NCBI GenBank assembly: GCA_048885535.1
Contig: JBHLLO010000009.1
Coordinates: 2,909 to 66,908, forward strand
Direction: 5' to 3'
Origin: Candidatus Hermodarchaeota archaeon
GTDB taxonomy: Archaea; Asgardarchaeota; Lokiarchaeia; Sigyniarchaeales; SOKP01
Length of the DNA stretch: 64,000 nt
The translations under genes were made by a program, and so were the position numbers. Under the pieces are notes generated by a model. It made no database searches and had not been told where the DNA came from. It saw only the letters and a list, made by a program, of their open reading frames with translations. This document shows positions 51,068 to 62,140 of the stretch, one piece after another (position 1 is the stretch's first letter; each line of letters begins with the position of its first letter).

Positions 51068-52710
51068 TTTAAGCTTCCTCCTCCTTTATTCTTTGCAGAT
51101 TCTATTTTCAAATACTTTGAAGATTTCTCCAGCTGTTTTTTATAAGTTTTTTTAAATAATGTTCCAGACTCTGCTATAGGAGATCTTGGAGCCTCTACTT
51201 TATTTAAAGTCTTTCTATATTTCCTTACCCTTCTAACAGGTAAAGGAAACTTAAAGATTCGTTGATATAATATAAAATAGGTTCCCACAGCAGTGCCAGC
51301 TACTAAAGCTAAAATTAACAATAACCGAAATATTTCTGGTTCACTTAATCCTATATCGGGATATACAGTAAAGTAGGTAATTTCAAGGAAAATATCATCT
51401 AGAGAAATTGTAATTGTTTCGTTAAATAAAAATTCATCAGCTAAATAAAGTTGTATAGAAAGAGAGATATTAACAGCTTTTAAGATTAAATACCCCACAT
51501 CAAAACCTTCTGGTTTAGCTTCTTGGAAAGTTGTAGTAGCTAAATTTAAATTAATTGTTTCGGTGTGTGAGTTATTATTTATTAACATTCTAATTTCAGA
51601 ATTCGGTGAAAGTACCTCGGGCCATGGTTGATCAGTTTTATACTTAAAAGTTAGGTTAGCTCCTGTTATATAAACATTATCTCCATTAATTTGATTCCCA
51701 ATTTGATTCCACGAGACAGTAGTAAATTTATCAATTTTTTTTTCATAAGTGAAATTTAATTTACATGATTTGATTCTTAGAGAGTCCCAACGATCACGAT
51801 CATAATTCCAATTATCAATACATTTAATTCTTATACCAAGTGTTATCTTAAAATGAGAATTATCGCGTTTAAAAAGGGAGCTCAAATAAAAAATCAATGT
51901 TTCTTGCACAACCGGATTCATAAACGAGTCTGTAATGTTATCATAAGCACCTGCTGAATCCTTGCCTAAATCTATACTTTGATACCAAGCTATTTCGTAC
52001 TTTTCATTATCATCTAAATCAGAGATTAAAACATAAAATCTAACCGAATCATAGTCTCTCTGATAATCAGAAGCAGGGGTACCTGTTTGATCCCCAGGCG
52101 TTTCTACACCATAATTCTCACTTGGATTAAAAGCGCCTCCTGGATACGCTGTAACTGTAGCATTATAAACCGCTGAAATCGAAGCCGAAGTTATTACATA
52201 ATCTGACATATTTACAGGCATAGTGACATTTCTTTCCCAATGAATACTAGGAGATTGATTAGGATCAGTTGGATCAATCCACGTATGATTTGCCCAACAC
52301 CCATTACTATCAATTCCGTAATTATCTGGTAATGCAGGGAAAAGTGGATTAGTAACATTATGCCAATCTATTTCTGTGGGTGTGCCAGAAATTTCAAAAA
52401 TTCTATGATCACCAATAATTTCCAAATTCGCCTGACTAGGAGAGTAAGAAGTATTTACATCTGAAGAATCACCACTTATTCTTGGAAACCAAGGAGCAAT
52501 CGTTGTATCAAAATTTGAATTTTTTAACCAAGAACCACCACCAGGTACAATATAAGAGCTCTTTACTCCTTCATTTTCGTTCTTATAATATGCGATCTGA
52601 GCAGTATTAAAATAAGACATTAAAGGACTTAGCAAAACTAACAATAATACTATAATAAAAAATGGGACATATTTTTTAGTTTTAAGACTCTTCACGAGAT
52701 TCACTCTCAA
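51064..52710 (-). CDS. Membrane-anchored surface protein (one module of the same family)
   Basis: WLKNSNF, MSDYVITSASI, KCID..KSCK, LSPNSE, FPLPVRRVRK; 4-nt overlap with the next gene. Confidence 0.85.
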   Translation of the reverse strand: MRVNLVKSLKTKKYVPFFIIVLLLVLLSPLMSYFNTAQIAYYKNENEGVKSSYIVPGGGSWLKNSNFDTTIAPWFPRISGDSSDVNTSYSPSQANLEIIGDHRIFEISGTPTEIDWHNVTNPLFPALPDNYGIDSNGCWANHTWIDPTDPNQSPSIHWERNVTMPVNMSDYVITSASISAVYNATVTAYPGGAFNPSENYGVETPGDQTGTPASDYQRDYDSVRFYVLISDLDDNEKYEIAWYQSIDLGKDSAGAYDNITDSFMNPVVQETLIFYLSSLFKRDNSHFKITLGIRIKCIDNWNYDRDRWDSLRIKSCKLNFTYEKKIDKFTTVSWNQIGNQINGDNVYITGANLTFKYKTDQPWPEVLSPNSEIRMLINNNSHTETINLNLATTTFQEAKPEGFDVGYLILKAVNISLSIQLYLADEFLFNETITISLDDIFLEITYFTVYPDIGLSEPEIFRLLLILALVAGTAVGTYFILYQRIFKFPLPVRRVRKYRKTLNKVEAPRSPIAESGTLFKKTYKKQLEKSSKYLKIESAKNKGGGSLK

Positions 52711-52999
52711 AAATTTAATATTTTAAATATAAAACTTCATATGGTTTAAATATTATCAAATAAGCTAATTAAGTAATTTTGGTATTTAATTTAATTGTTA
52801 AAATATTTAAATTAATTATAGGATATAACTTATCTTTTTCTAATTATAAATTATATGCAATCTATTTAGTTAAATCTTGATAAAACAATGAATTTTAAAT
52901 ACTCTTATAGGTTAAATTTAATTTAATATATTACTTAAGAAATTATAATAATTAAACAAAAATTTGAAAAAAATAAAAATCTAAGAGTGCGGCATCAAG

Positions 53000-54256
53000 A
53001 TGATTCAAGGAATATTAAGTTTTAATTTTTTATTAAACCAAAATGAAACAACTGGTGAAATAGATCCTGAATTCAGCCCTATTCAATTAGTCTTTAAAAA
53101 TGAACAATTTAATGAAAATAATTACTTAGAATTGATTGTTAAGGATGATATTTTTGCTACATTTTACCAACACACTACTGGACTTTTTGGGACAAAATAT
53201 GGTTTTAGTAATTTCTATGAAGGAAAGTTAAAACAAACTCCCTATCAAGTTGTATCTTATTTTAAACAACTTCCAGAAGGAACTCAGTTTCTTACGATTT
53301 CGATCTTCGAATTGGATGATGAGATTGAACTTTTTGAAGATATTCTTAAGGATATGGCAAAAAGGTTAGATACTATCTTCGAAAAATTGAATAAGGCAAC
53401 AAACACAAAACAGTTAGATTTGATCTCTAATGTAAATATTCGTTTAATGAACGAGTTAAAATATACAATATTTCAAATTGAGCGATTAAGTCAATTAGAT
53501 AGACTCCAAAAAGTTGCATTAATTTATAACAGTCATGAAAGAATGAAAATTCTAGAAACTCTTAGGGAACGTCCAATATCAAAGGATGAAATGAAAAAAA
53601 TCGTTGAAAAAATGAAGCCAACTGTCAATATCGATATTCTTCTTCGTCCTTTCATCGAATTAAATTTAGTAAGGCGTGACTGGATTAAAGGAGAGAAGGA
53701 TAAAAAGACAGGCGTAGTTAAGAATCAAGGAGAATATTTGTTTCTAGTAAAAGATATAATGTTTTCACGTATACCAAATGAAAATCTATTAAAACATTTT
53801 AAAGATACTAATAATGAATTATTAGAACCTTTTAAACAAAAAGCAATTGACTACTTTGCTCATTATGATCCATATACTGAAAATCCTGAAGAGACAAAAC
53901 AAACTTCAGCCATTTTATTAAATCCAGATATCTATGATTTCTTCGTTCTATTACGCAGCAATCATTACCCCCTTGACAAAATCCCTAAAATCTTTAGTGA
54001 GTTTGCCGTGACTGAGATACTACTCGATAATTTAAAAAAGCTAAATATAATTACTGAGATTAAAGACGAAAATAAAAGGAGTTGGATTTTATTATTAACT
54101 GATATTAAACCTTTGACAATATTCCCCGAATATTTATTGCCAAAAATTAGAGCTGCCTATAGACAAGAAGAATCTGATGGAAAAATAACTTATGAAGTGG
54201 CAAAAAAAGCCTTAGATTTATTAGAAGTATCATATCCTGAAAAAGTTACATTTTAA
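53000..54256 (+). CDS. Hypothetical protein with probable winged-helix region
   Basis: 418-aa ORF; RMKILETLRERPISKDEM...L.PFIELNLV resembles a wHTH. Confidence 0.75.
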   Translation: MIQGILSFNFLLNQNETTGEIDPEFSPIQLVFKNEQFNENNYLELIVKDDIFATFYQHTTGLFGTKYGFSNFYEGKLKQTPYQVVSYFKQLPEGTQFLTISIFELDDEIELFEDILKDMAKRLDTIFEKLNKATNTKQLDLISNVNIRLMNELKYTIFQIERLSQLDRLQKVALIYNSHERMKILETLRERPISKDEMKKIVEKMKPTVNIDILLRPFIELNLVRRDWIKGEKDKKTGVVKNQGEYLFLVKDIMFSRIPNENLLKHFKDTNNELLEPFKQKAIDYFAHYDPYTENPEETKQTSAILLNPDIYDFFVLLRSNHYPLDKIPKIFSEFAVTEILLDNLKKLNIITEIKDENKRSWILLLTDIKPLTIFPEYLLPKIRAAYRQEESDGKITYEVAKKALDLLEVSYPEKVTF

Positions 54257-54278
54257 AAAAAAGAGATGATGAATTAAA

Positions 54279-56450
54279 ATGTATTTATTTAAAGATAAAG
54301 AACAAGTTGAAATTTCTTATTCTTGCAAGGTATGTTTAAAGGAAATTAAATTTAAGGTCACTGTGGATGAATACAAAGCAGTTACGAAATTCCCTATTAA
54401 AAAAGAAAGCCTGCATGGTGATCCCGAGCATAAGTTAATTATTTATCTTAATCAATATCTAGAAGTTGAAAATTTCGAGATTAAAGATGTAATGAAAAGA
54501 GAAGAAGTATCTTATTCTGAAGAAATAACTAGGCAGGTCTTGGGTGAAGTTGGTTTAAATGATGAGGAAATTGAATTATATTTTAGAACTACTGGAAGAG
54601 AAGCTGTATCGATAGGGGAAATGGCTCTTTTGATAAATAAACCAAAGGACTTATGTGAAGGTATAGCAAAGAAATTTGTAGAAAAAGGGTTATTCAAAGA
54701 AATTGTTGGAGCAAAACCTCATTACACTGCGTTACCTCCTTATGCTGCTTTGATTGGGCAATTGAAAAAATTTCATAAATATATATCAGATATTAAGGCA
54801 AGTATTCCATCCCAATTAAATAAATCATTTACAACAATTGAAACGACTCCTGGTAAAGTAGCACCTTCAGATTCAACAAAACTAATGAAGGAACTCAAAG
54901 ATACCATGCTTTCACAAATTCGATCCCAGAAAAAGGAGTTTGACGAAACTATGGCAGTTATGGATCAAATTCGCGGAATAACTGAAGATATTTCAAAATT
55001 AGAAGGAACAACTGCAACTGTAACGGGAGATCAATTAGGTGACGTCTCAGTGAAATTTGATGAAATTAATAAAAAAACAAATCAAATTATTAAAGGTCAG
55101 TTATCTGATTTAAAGAAAGAATTTGATAATATCAAATCAACTGTATCTTCAAATTTGCAAAAGTTAAGATTAGGAGTTATTCAGCAAACTGTTGATCAAG
55201 TACTAGAAAAAATAATCGATACAAGATTAAAAGAAATAACAGACGCTGTAAACGTACAGTTAAGCGTTAGTCAAATGGCTTTTTCAGATGAATTAAAAAA
55301 AGTTGCTACTGGAATTGATCCAGAGATTATAGCCAAATTAAAGGATTCATTACAAAGCACCATTGAAAATATTGATGGGCTTGCAACAAAAGTTGAAGAG
55401 GATAAAGAGAAAATCTATGCGGATATCGCTGAAAATTTTAATAAAGCAGTAAAGGCAGCTGAAGAAAAAATAGAGGGGATTTCTGGGGGCGTTCTAGAAT
55501 CTTTCGGTGATATGAAAGATGTATTTTCAAGTCAAATTGTCTCTACATTAAACAGCACATTGGATGATATATTACAGAGATTAGAAGTATCAGAACGAGT
55601 CACAAGCGAATTCTGGGATCAAGCAAAAAAGGGGACTGGTTTCACAATGAAAGACATTTGGTTTATAAGATCCCCTGAAAGCGCCAAGGCTCATATAAGC
55701 GATGAAGTTGCGAAAGCTAAGATGCGAGTATTAATCGTGGCTCCACAACTAGATGATATCGACGTAGAAGCGATTAAAAACCGGCCCTCTCACATTAATT
55801 TCAGGATTGCAACAAGTATCGACTTAACAAATCCTACTCATGCCTCTATAATTGAACAATTTGATAAAATGGATAATGTTGATTATAGGCATCGAGCTCT
55901 ACAAAATGTTTGGGGTATAAATAAAGATTATGAGGAAGTTATAGTCTGTGTACTTAGTAAAACAGAGATAAGGGGAGACATTGTGACAGAAATCGCAGGA
56001 ATAGGCAGTATCATTGAAGAACACATCAAGATTTTTGTTCCCATCCTAGAAGAGTGCTGGATGGCTTCTCGGAAAGAAATAGTACATGCTGTTAAGAAAG
56101 AAATATTAGATAAACCTCCAAAAGCAGTTGAAAAAGTAGAACCAGTTACTCAAAAACCTAAAGTATTAGAAGAACCCCAGAAAGAGGTTCCTACAGAAGA
56201 AAAGTCCCTGCTATCAAAGCAATTCGATTTAATTTTTGATGGTCTTGACAAGATGACTGGTTTAGAAATCTCCAAGGCTTTAGAAAAATTTCAGACAGAA
56301 TATATAAACAAACAAGGTTATAATAGCGTATTGAAAAACATGAATAATACAAGTAAGGAGTTTCGTGGAAAAACATATGTTTTAAGTCAACCTGAAAAAG
56401 AAGACTTGAAAATGAAAATGCAATTTTGGAGACAAAAATTAAACCTATAA
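54279..56450 (+). CDS. TrmB-like protein: metal-binding N-terminus, wHTH, long coiled coil, TrmB/PLD-like domain
   Basis: CKVC...HGDPEH; GLNDEEIELY...KFVEKGL...YTALPP; ~300 aa of heptads; WFIRSPE...AKMRVLIVAP. Confidence 0.75.
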   Translation: MYLFKDKEQVEISYSCKVCLKEIKFKVTVDEYKAVTKFPIKKESLHGDPEHKLIIYLNQYLEVENFEIKDVMKREEVSYSEEITRQVLGEVGLNDEEIELYFRTTGREAVSIGEMALLINKPKDLCEGIAKKFVEKGLFKEIVGAKPHYTALPPYAALIGQLKKFHKYISDIKASIPSQLNKSFTTIETTPGKVAPSDSTKLMKELKDTMLSQIRSQKKEFDETMAVMDQIRGITEDISKLEGTTATVTGDQLGDVSVKFDEINKKTNQIIKGQLSDLKKEFDNIKSTVSSNLQKLRLGVIQQTVDQVLEKIIDTRLKEITDAVNVQLSVSQMAFSDELKKVATGIDPEIIAKLKDSLQSTIENIDGLATKVEEDKEKIYADIAENFNKAVKAAEEKIEGISGGVLESFGDMKDVFSSQIVSTLNSTLDDILQRLEVSERVTSEFWDQAKKGTGFTMKDIWFIRSPESAKAHISDEVAKAKMRVLIVAPQLDDIDVEAIKNRPSHINFRIATSIDLTNPTHASIIEQFDKMDNVDYRHRALQNVWGINKDYEEVIVCVLSKTEIRGDIVTEIAGIGSIIEEHIKIFVPILEECWMASRKEIVHAVKKEILDKPPKAVEKVEPVTQKPKVLEEPQKEVPTEEKSLLSKQFDLIFDGLDKMTGLEISKALEKFQTEYINKQGYNSVLKNMNNTSKEFRGKTYVLSQPEKEDLKMKMQFWRQKLNL

Positions 56451-56536
56451 AACTTTATTTTTTAAAAGTCAAAATTTATTCTTTTAAATTAGTTTGAAAT
56501 AAGATAATTCAAATTTGATATTTTATTTTTTTTTTT

Positions 56537-57568
56537 ATGGAACAAGATTTAATCACGGTTAATTCTGGGAAAATAAATGGATACCTTCATCATATTGACC
56601 TAAGATCATATGGAAAACCAAAAATGTTATCTGCTTATATCGCAGAATTTGATAATGATAGTATTCTCCTAGATTGCGGAAGCTCATTAGATGTGAAAAA
56701 ACTTATAGCATACATCAAAAAGAATGAAATTCCTCCCAGTTCTTTCAAGTATCTTATAACTTCTCATCATCATTTTGATCATACAGGAGGCATGTATTTA
56801 GTTTACAATTTCTTAAAGAAACATAACCCGGAAGTCAAAGTCTTAACTAATCAGAAAACTAAACAGTTACTTAATGATTACACTCATCATCTTAATCGAG
56901 CAAGAAGAACTTACGGCGATTTTGTTGGAAATATGGAAAAGATTGAGGACAAGGCTTTTGAGATCATAAAACCTTGCTCAATTTTCGATAATAATATGAA
57001 TAAGCTTGAAATTATCGATAATTTCTATATAAATGGGGATAAAATCAAATTAGGTATACTTAAAACACCAGGTCACGCACCAGATCATCAATCTGCTTTT
57101 TTTCTGAAGAATAATGAAATAGATTTTATCTTTTTTGGCGAAGCGGTTGGCACTATCTATCATTCATCAAAATTAGTTACAATGCCCGTTTCAATGCCCA
57201 TATATTATGATCATGTGGAATATATGAAAACTCTTGAAAATTTAAAGAAATTACACCTAAAAAGAGCGGGTTTTGGACATTTCGGTATTGTAAATAGTCC
57301 AAATAATGTTCAGAATATATTAGTAGAACACGAAACATTCATGAAATTATTCGAATCGAAAATAAGAGAGTATCATGATCAAAAAGATGAGACGCGGTAT
57401 ATTCTGAATGAAATTGTTCCTTTATTCGCTTCTAGAACAGATTTAAATCTAGAAAAAGATTCTGTTTTTACAGGAATGGCTCTTGCGCTTGTTTATGGTA
57501 TGATGATATCATTAGGATTTCGACCAATTCCTGAAGAGGATTTAAAATTCTATGAACTTTATTCTTAA
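56537..57568 (+). CDS. Metallo-beta-lactamase-fold hydrolase
   Basis: LDCG, SHHHFDHTGG, TPGHAPDH, FGHFG. Confidence 0.92.
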   Translation: MEQDLITVNSGKINGYLHHIDLRSYGKPKMLSAYIAEFDNDSILLDCGSSLDVKKLIAYIKKNEIPPSSFKYLITSHHHFDHTGGMYLVYNFLKKHNPEVKVLTNQKTKQLLNDYTHHLNRARRTYGDFVGNMEKIEDKAFEIIKPCSIFDNNMNKLEIIDNFYINGDKIKLGILKTPGHAPDHQSAFFLKNNEIDFIFFGEAVGTIYHSSKLVTMPVSMPIYYDHVEYMKTLENLKKLHLKRAGFGHFGIVNSPNNVQNILVEHETFMKLFESKIREYHDQKDETRYILNEIVPLFASRTDLNLEKDSVFTGMALALVYGMMISLGFRPIPEEDLKFYELYS

Positions 57569-57714
57569 AGTATGCCATTGCTGAGATTCTCCTACTAAGA
57601 AAAATTATACTATAAAATATAGTTTAAATTATAGTCTAGAAGTAGTCAAGAAGTAATGGTCAAAATTAGATTCTTATCAAAAAATTCTAATTTTTTGGTG
57701 AAATATTATCTTTA

Positions 57715-58917
57715 ATGGATACCAATTTTGAAGCTTTTGATGTATGTATTGTAGGCGGAAGCATTGCAGGTAATTTTTTATGCTATTTGTTGTCTGATAC
57801 TAATCTAAACATTTCTGTTATTGAGGAACATGAAAGTATTGGATTACCATTCCAATGCGCTGGAATTGTTTCTCAGAAATTAGGAAATCTTATTAATTTA
57901 CCCGATAAAATAATATCAAATCGCGTTAAAATTGCAAAAATAGTTGCTCCCAAAGGGAAATACATCAAACTTTCTGGTACAGAAAGTCCTTATATTATAA
58001 ATCGTGTAGCTTTAGATCAAATCTTTTATAACAAGGTCAAAAGTAAATCGAATATTTTTTACTTTTTAGGTGAAAAATACAAATCCTTCGAATATAAAAA
58101 GGAAAAAGGACGATCTTTTATCCTTATTAGAACAGATAAGCGAATAATTAAAGCTAGAATGTTGATAGGATGTGATGGTCCATTAAGCCGTGTTGGAAAA
58201 CAATTAAATGTCAAACAAAAATTATTATATGCCACTCAAATTCGCATTAATGGACATTTTAATGAAAATGAAGCTGTTATGTACTTTAATCCAAGGTGGA
58301 AAGAACTTTTCGGATGGATTGTACCTGAAGGAAAGAAAATCTTTAGAATAGGACTTGCAACTACCACTGGTTTAAACATAAATTTTAAGTTGTTTTTAAA
58401 GAAATTAGGAATAAAATATGAACATAAAATTGACCAACAAGGAGGACTGATACCCTTTGGTACAATGAATAAATTAGCTTTTGATAATATATTATTACTT
58501 GGAGATGCTGCCGGTCAAGTTAAAGCTACTACTGGAGGGGGTATAATTATGCTTTTAAAGGCTGCAAAAGTAGCTTCTAATTGCATTAGGTCATGCTTTA
58601 AAAAGAATGACTTTTCAAAAAGATTTTTAAAAAAAAGCTATGAAATGCTTTGTAAAAAAGCTATTGGAAGAGAATTAAAAATACATTTCTTAATTCGTCT
58701 AATTTTAATGAGATTTTCCAATAAAGATTTTGAAACTTTTTTTCAGGTCATCAAGACACATCATATAGAAAAATTAATTACTTTATATGGGGATATGGAT
58801 TTTCCAAAAAAGATGGTTATAAAATTAATAAAGAATCCATTTGTATTACAGTTCTTATTTAGGTTTTTAGTAAAGAATCCTCTGATTGTGTTCACTGCTC
58901 TTAAATTATTAACATAA
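57715..58917 (+). CDS. Geranylgeranyl reductase family FAD oxidoreductase
   Basis: DVCIVGGSIAG, PFQCAG, GCDG, FGWIVP, GDAAGQVKATTGGGI. Confidence 0.9.
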   Translation: MDTNFEAFDVCIVGGSIAGNFLCYLLSDTNLNISVIEEHESIGLPFQCAGIVSQKLGNLINLPDKIISNRVKIAKIVAPKGKYIKLSGTESPYIINRVALDQIFYNKVKSKSNIFYFLGEKYKSFEYKKEKGRSFILIRTDKRIIKARMLIGCDGPLSRVGKQLNVKQKLLYATQIRINGHFNENEAVMYFNPRWKELFGWIVPEGKKIFRIGLATTTGLNINFKLFLKKLGIKYEHKIDQQGGLIPFGTMNKLAFDNILLLGDAAGQVKATTGGGIIMLLKAAKVASNCIRSCFKKNDFSKRFLKKSYEMLCKKAIGRELKIHFLIRLILMRFSNKDFETFFQVIKTHHIEKLITLYGDMDFPKKMVIKLIKNPFVLQFLFRFLVKNPLIVFTALKLLT

Positions 58918-59014
58918 AGCATATCTCATGATTTCTTTTTTCAATTAATGAAAAAAAGGTTTATATTAAAATTTTACAATTGTGTAAAATAATGGATTGT
59001 AGAAAAAAGTTAGG

Positions 59015-59383
59015 TCACAAGGGGGAAATCATAGAGAAAAAAGCGATCTGTTGGAATAGGATATACCATACAACCATAAAGGCAATCACTATTATTGAAG
59101 ATATAAGACCAAATCCTTTCACTCCTCGAGGGATTCCTAAATCTTCATTCTTTCTTTGGACAATTGCTCTAATCATTGCGACAAGATAAATCAATGTAAC
59201 TACTAAAGAGATTATCCATAGAAATAATAAGAATAAAGGAATTGTATACACAGGTGTTCCATCTATCGTGAATGAATTCAACCACTGCCAATATTCAACC
59301 ATTAAATATGTAGGAATCGAACCATAAATCCCAGCGGTTAATAGAAATACAAAACTCCAAAGAAAACCTCTAGCTGAGCTCAT
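59015..59383 (-). CDS. Small 3-TM membrane protein
   Basis: Three hydrophobic segments, ATG start. Confidence 0.75.
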   Translation of the reverse strand: MSSARGFLWSFVFLLTAGIYGSIPTYLMVEYWQWLNSFTIDGTPVYTIPLFLLFLWIISLVVTLIYLVAMIRAIVQRKNEDLGIPRGVKGFGLISSIIVIAFMVVWYILFQQIAFFSMISPL

Positions 59384-59520
59384 AACGATCTGAACATTTT
59401 TATTTAATTACTAATCTTTCTCTATTTTGATTAATATATACACTATGATATATAAGATTTTAATCTCTGCTACTTATTAAATTTTGAAGATAAAAATTAA
59501 AAAAAAATTTCTTTTATATT

Positions 59521-61215
59521 TTATAGAAAGAATGATAATCCCACAAACGACGGAGAAATAGTCACAATTATAAATGCCACTAGAATCGCATTAATTACTG
59601 CCCCTGCAATAATGTTCCCTGATTTTTTATATACAATTATAGATGAAGATGAATTAACCATAAAAAGAATTAAAGCTATAGGAAAGAAGGTTCCGAGGAA
59701 AAAGAAACTCCTCATAATGAACCCCAAGATTAATAGATATATGAAATAGTAGGAGGCTGGTAAGAAAAGTCCTAAAACAAATACCTTCAATGTGTTCTTG
59801 AGTGTATCGCTATATTTATTTTGAATTATCACTTGCATTAAAAGAGAATAAATTATGTTTATAAAAAACATAATAATGAAATAGAAAGGTACGGTCCAGA
59901 TTTTTGTAATTGAAGGTACTATTGCGAAGTAGTTTAGCCCTACAGATAAGTATGATATTATGTAAAGTATAGCTGCTAAAACTGTTCCTAATGTTAAGTG
60001 TCGTAAAAACTTCTTTATTCCCTTAAATAAGTTTTTAAACATCGATATTAGAGATACATTCACCTTTTTCCCAATTCTCCATAATAGAATAATAAATCCA
60101 AAAGTTTGACCGAATAATAGAGCCAATGCAAATCCCGCCACAGCTAAAGGTAATATTAATAAAAGTGGTATAAAGATAATAATCCCTGGAACACCAAACA
60201 TTAATGAATAATCGAAGGCTTTAATTGATAAGTTTTTAGCTGTAAGGTCTTTTGAGTCGATTTTATAAAATTCTATATCTAATTCTCTTTTTCTCTCCTC
60301 TTTAGACTGAATTATTAATCTTGAAAGGGGCTCACTTATTAAAAAGAAGAATCCCATTCCCCCTATGACTTGTATTAATAATATTATGGCCCTAATATTA
60401 GCATAGAAGTTTTCATCAATCACATTAATATTAAAAGAATTAATAGCCCAATCACGAGCTTCTCGTATAAAATCATCATCCCACGCTACTGTTAGATGGT
60501 TGCTATCATCGTCTAAATAAATCATTGTCGCATTACCTTGTTGAAATGAACCATATATCTTATTTGTATCTATATTTTCAGCAGGAATATTTAATCTAGT
60601 TTCCATACTGTCCTTTAGCTCATGTAGTTCGATTGCTTCGTCGAATATAGCCTGAATCATAAGGATATTTAATGGATTTGTTGAATTACCTAATCTAAGA
60701 TTAGTACTATTATATAATCCTGTTCCTATCCCAATGAAGCATGTAAATGATGTATCATTATTAATTAGACTTTGACCTAATCCCCCCATACTATAGCCAA
60801 TATATCCTAGAGAGCTCATATTGACATCACCTCTAGAATTCAAATATTCTTTAATTGCTACTATATCCTTAAACATTGAAGCTGCATTCCCTGATGAGCT
60901 TTGACCATGACCTCTAAAGTCGAATGGAATTGCGATAAATCCTGTAGCTGCTAATTCTATTGCATACCCTTTTAGTATTTCTTTATTTGCCATGACACCA
61001 TGCCCAATTATAAAAGCTGGTTTGTTTGGTCCACCACCCTGAGGCTCGAAAACGTTGAACGAGATTGTAACACCATCATCAGTGGTAGTCGTAAGCCCAT
61101 AAGTAGCTTTAACACTGAAGGGGGTTATAAAAATAAAGACAGTGCCTACTATAAATATCCCTAGAAAGCTGCAAATTAATGTAATTTTTTTTTTAGAAAG
61201 CTTAAGTTGAAACAT
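59521..61215 (-). CDS. Alpha/beta hydrolase fused to a multi-TM C-terminal domain
   Basis: HG, DFRGHGQS, nucleophile elbow GYSMGG; ~8 C-terminal TM segments. Confidence 0.88.
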   Translation of the reverse strand: MFQLKLSKKKITLICSFLGIFIVGTVFIFITPFSVKATYGLTTTTDDGVTISFNVFEPQGGGPNKPAFIIGHGVMANKEILKGYAIELAATGFIAIPFDFRGHGQSSSGNAASMFKDIVAIKEYLNSRGDVNMSSLGYIGYSMGGLGQSLINNDTSFTCFIGIGTGLYNSTNLRLGNSTNPLNILMIQAIFDEAIELHELKDSMETRLNIPAENIDTNKIYGSFQQGNATMIYLDDDSNHLTVAWDDDFIREARDWAINSFNINVIDENFYANIRAIILLIQVIGGMGFFFLISEPLSRLIIQSKEERKRELDIEFYKIDSKDLTAKNLSIKAFDYSLMFGVPGIIIFIPLLLILPLAVAGFALALLFGQTFGFIILLWRIGKKVNVSLISMFKNLFKGIKKFLRHLTLGTVLAAILYIISYLSVGLNYFAIVPSITKIWTVPFYFIIMFFINIIYSLLMQVIIQNKYSDTLKNTLKVFVLGLFLPASYYFIYLLILGFIMRSFFFLGTFFPIALILFMVNSSSSIIVYKKSGNIIAGAVINAILVAFIIVTISPSFVGLSFFL

Positions 61216-61504
61216 AATTACTATTTCAACTTAATCCTATTTAAAAAAATAGTGTAATGTTAAAAGATTCATTTTCACAATTGTCAGTTTTAGATTTATT
61301 GAACTTTAAAATTAATAGAATTTTTAATTTATTAATATAAGGTTAGTTCACTCTGACAAGCACTACTTTTTTTAATTTTTACTTATATTCAATTTTTATA
61401 AAAGATTAATATAATCTTTTTAACTTGGTAATAATTTTTAAAAAAATAAGGATCCTCCGTTTAAATTAAATAATAGGATCATAATATCGAAAAATCTTAA
61501 TTGC

Positions 61505-62077
61505 GTGGTTAAAATGAGTGATGAATTAGCAAATCCAGCACCTCTTGGTCTCATGGGATTTGGTATAACAACAGTTTTACTAAATCTTCATAATGCAGGA
61601 TTATACATTTTAGGTCCAATGATATTAAGTATGGGTATATTTTATGGAGGAATTGCTCAAATTATTGCAGGAATTATGGAATATAAGAAGGGTAATAGTT
61701 TCGGTACGACTGCTTTTACATCATACGGATTATTTTGGTTAACATTAGTATTCTTAAATATTTTACCAAATACGGGGCTATGGCCAAGCGCATCTGGATC
61801 CATGGAACTGGGGTCTTACCTTTTGTTGTGGGGTATATTTACTCTACTTATGTTTTTTGGAACATTGAATAAAAATAGAGCACTACAAGTGGTCTTCTTA
61901 ACTTTAGCAATCTTATTTTTCCTTTTGGCAATTGGTAACTTTGTTAACATACCTTTGATAATTACAATTGCAGGATTTGAAGGAATTTTATGTGGTTCAA
62001 GCGCAATTTATTTGGCAATTGCTGAAATCTTAAATGAAACCTATGCTAGAACTATTCTCCCCATAGGTAAAAAATAA
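61505..62077 (+). CDS. satP: Acetate uptake transporter (GPR1/FUN34/YaaH family); start may be ATG 61514
   Basis: Signature [24 protein letters not shown]. Confidence 0.93.
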   Translation: MVKMSDELANPAPLGLMGFGITTVLLNLHNAGLYILGPMILSMGIFYGGIAQIIAGIMEYKKGNSFGTTAFTSYGLFWLTLVFLNILPNTGLWPSASGSMELGSYLLLWGIFTLLMFFGTLNKNRALQVVFLTLAILFFLLAIGNFVNIPLIITIAGFEGILCGSSAIYLAIAEILNETYARTILPIGKK

Positions 62078-62084
62078 TATTTAT

Positions 62085-62115
62085 TTTAATTTTTTCTTTT
62101 TTTATTTATTTTTTC
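62085..62115 (+). terminator. Oligo-T tract between convergent genes (archaeal-type terminator)
   Basis: Several T runs directly after the satP stop codon. Confidence 0.45.
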
Positions 62116-62140
62116 TTATCTTGAAAAATAGAATGATCGA

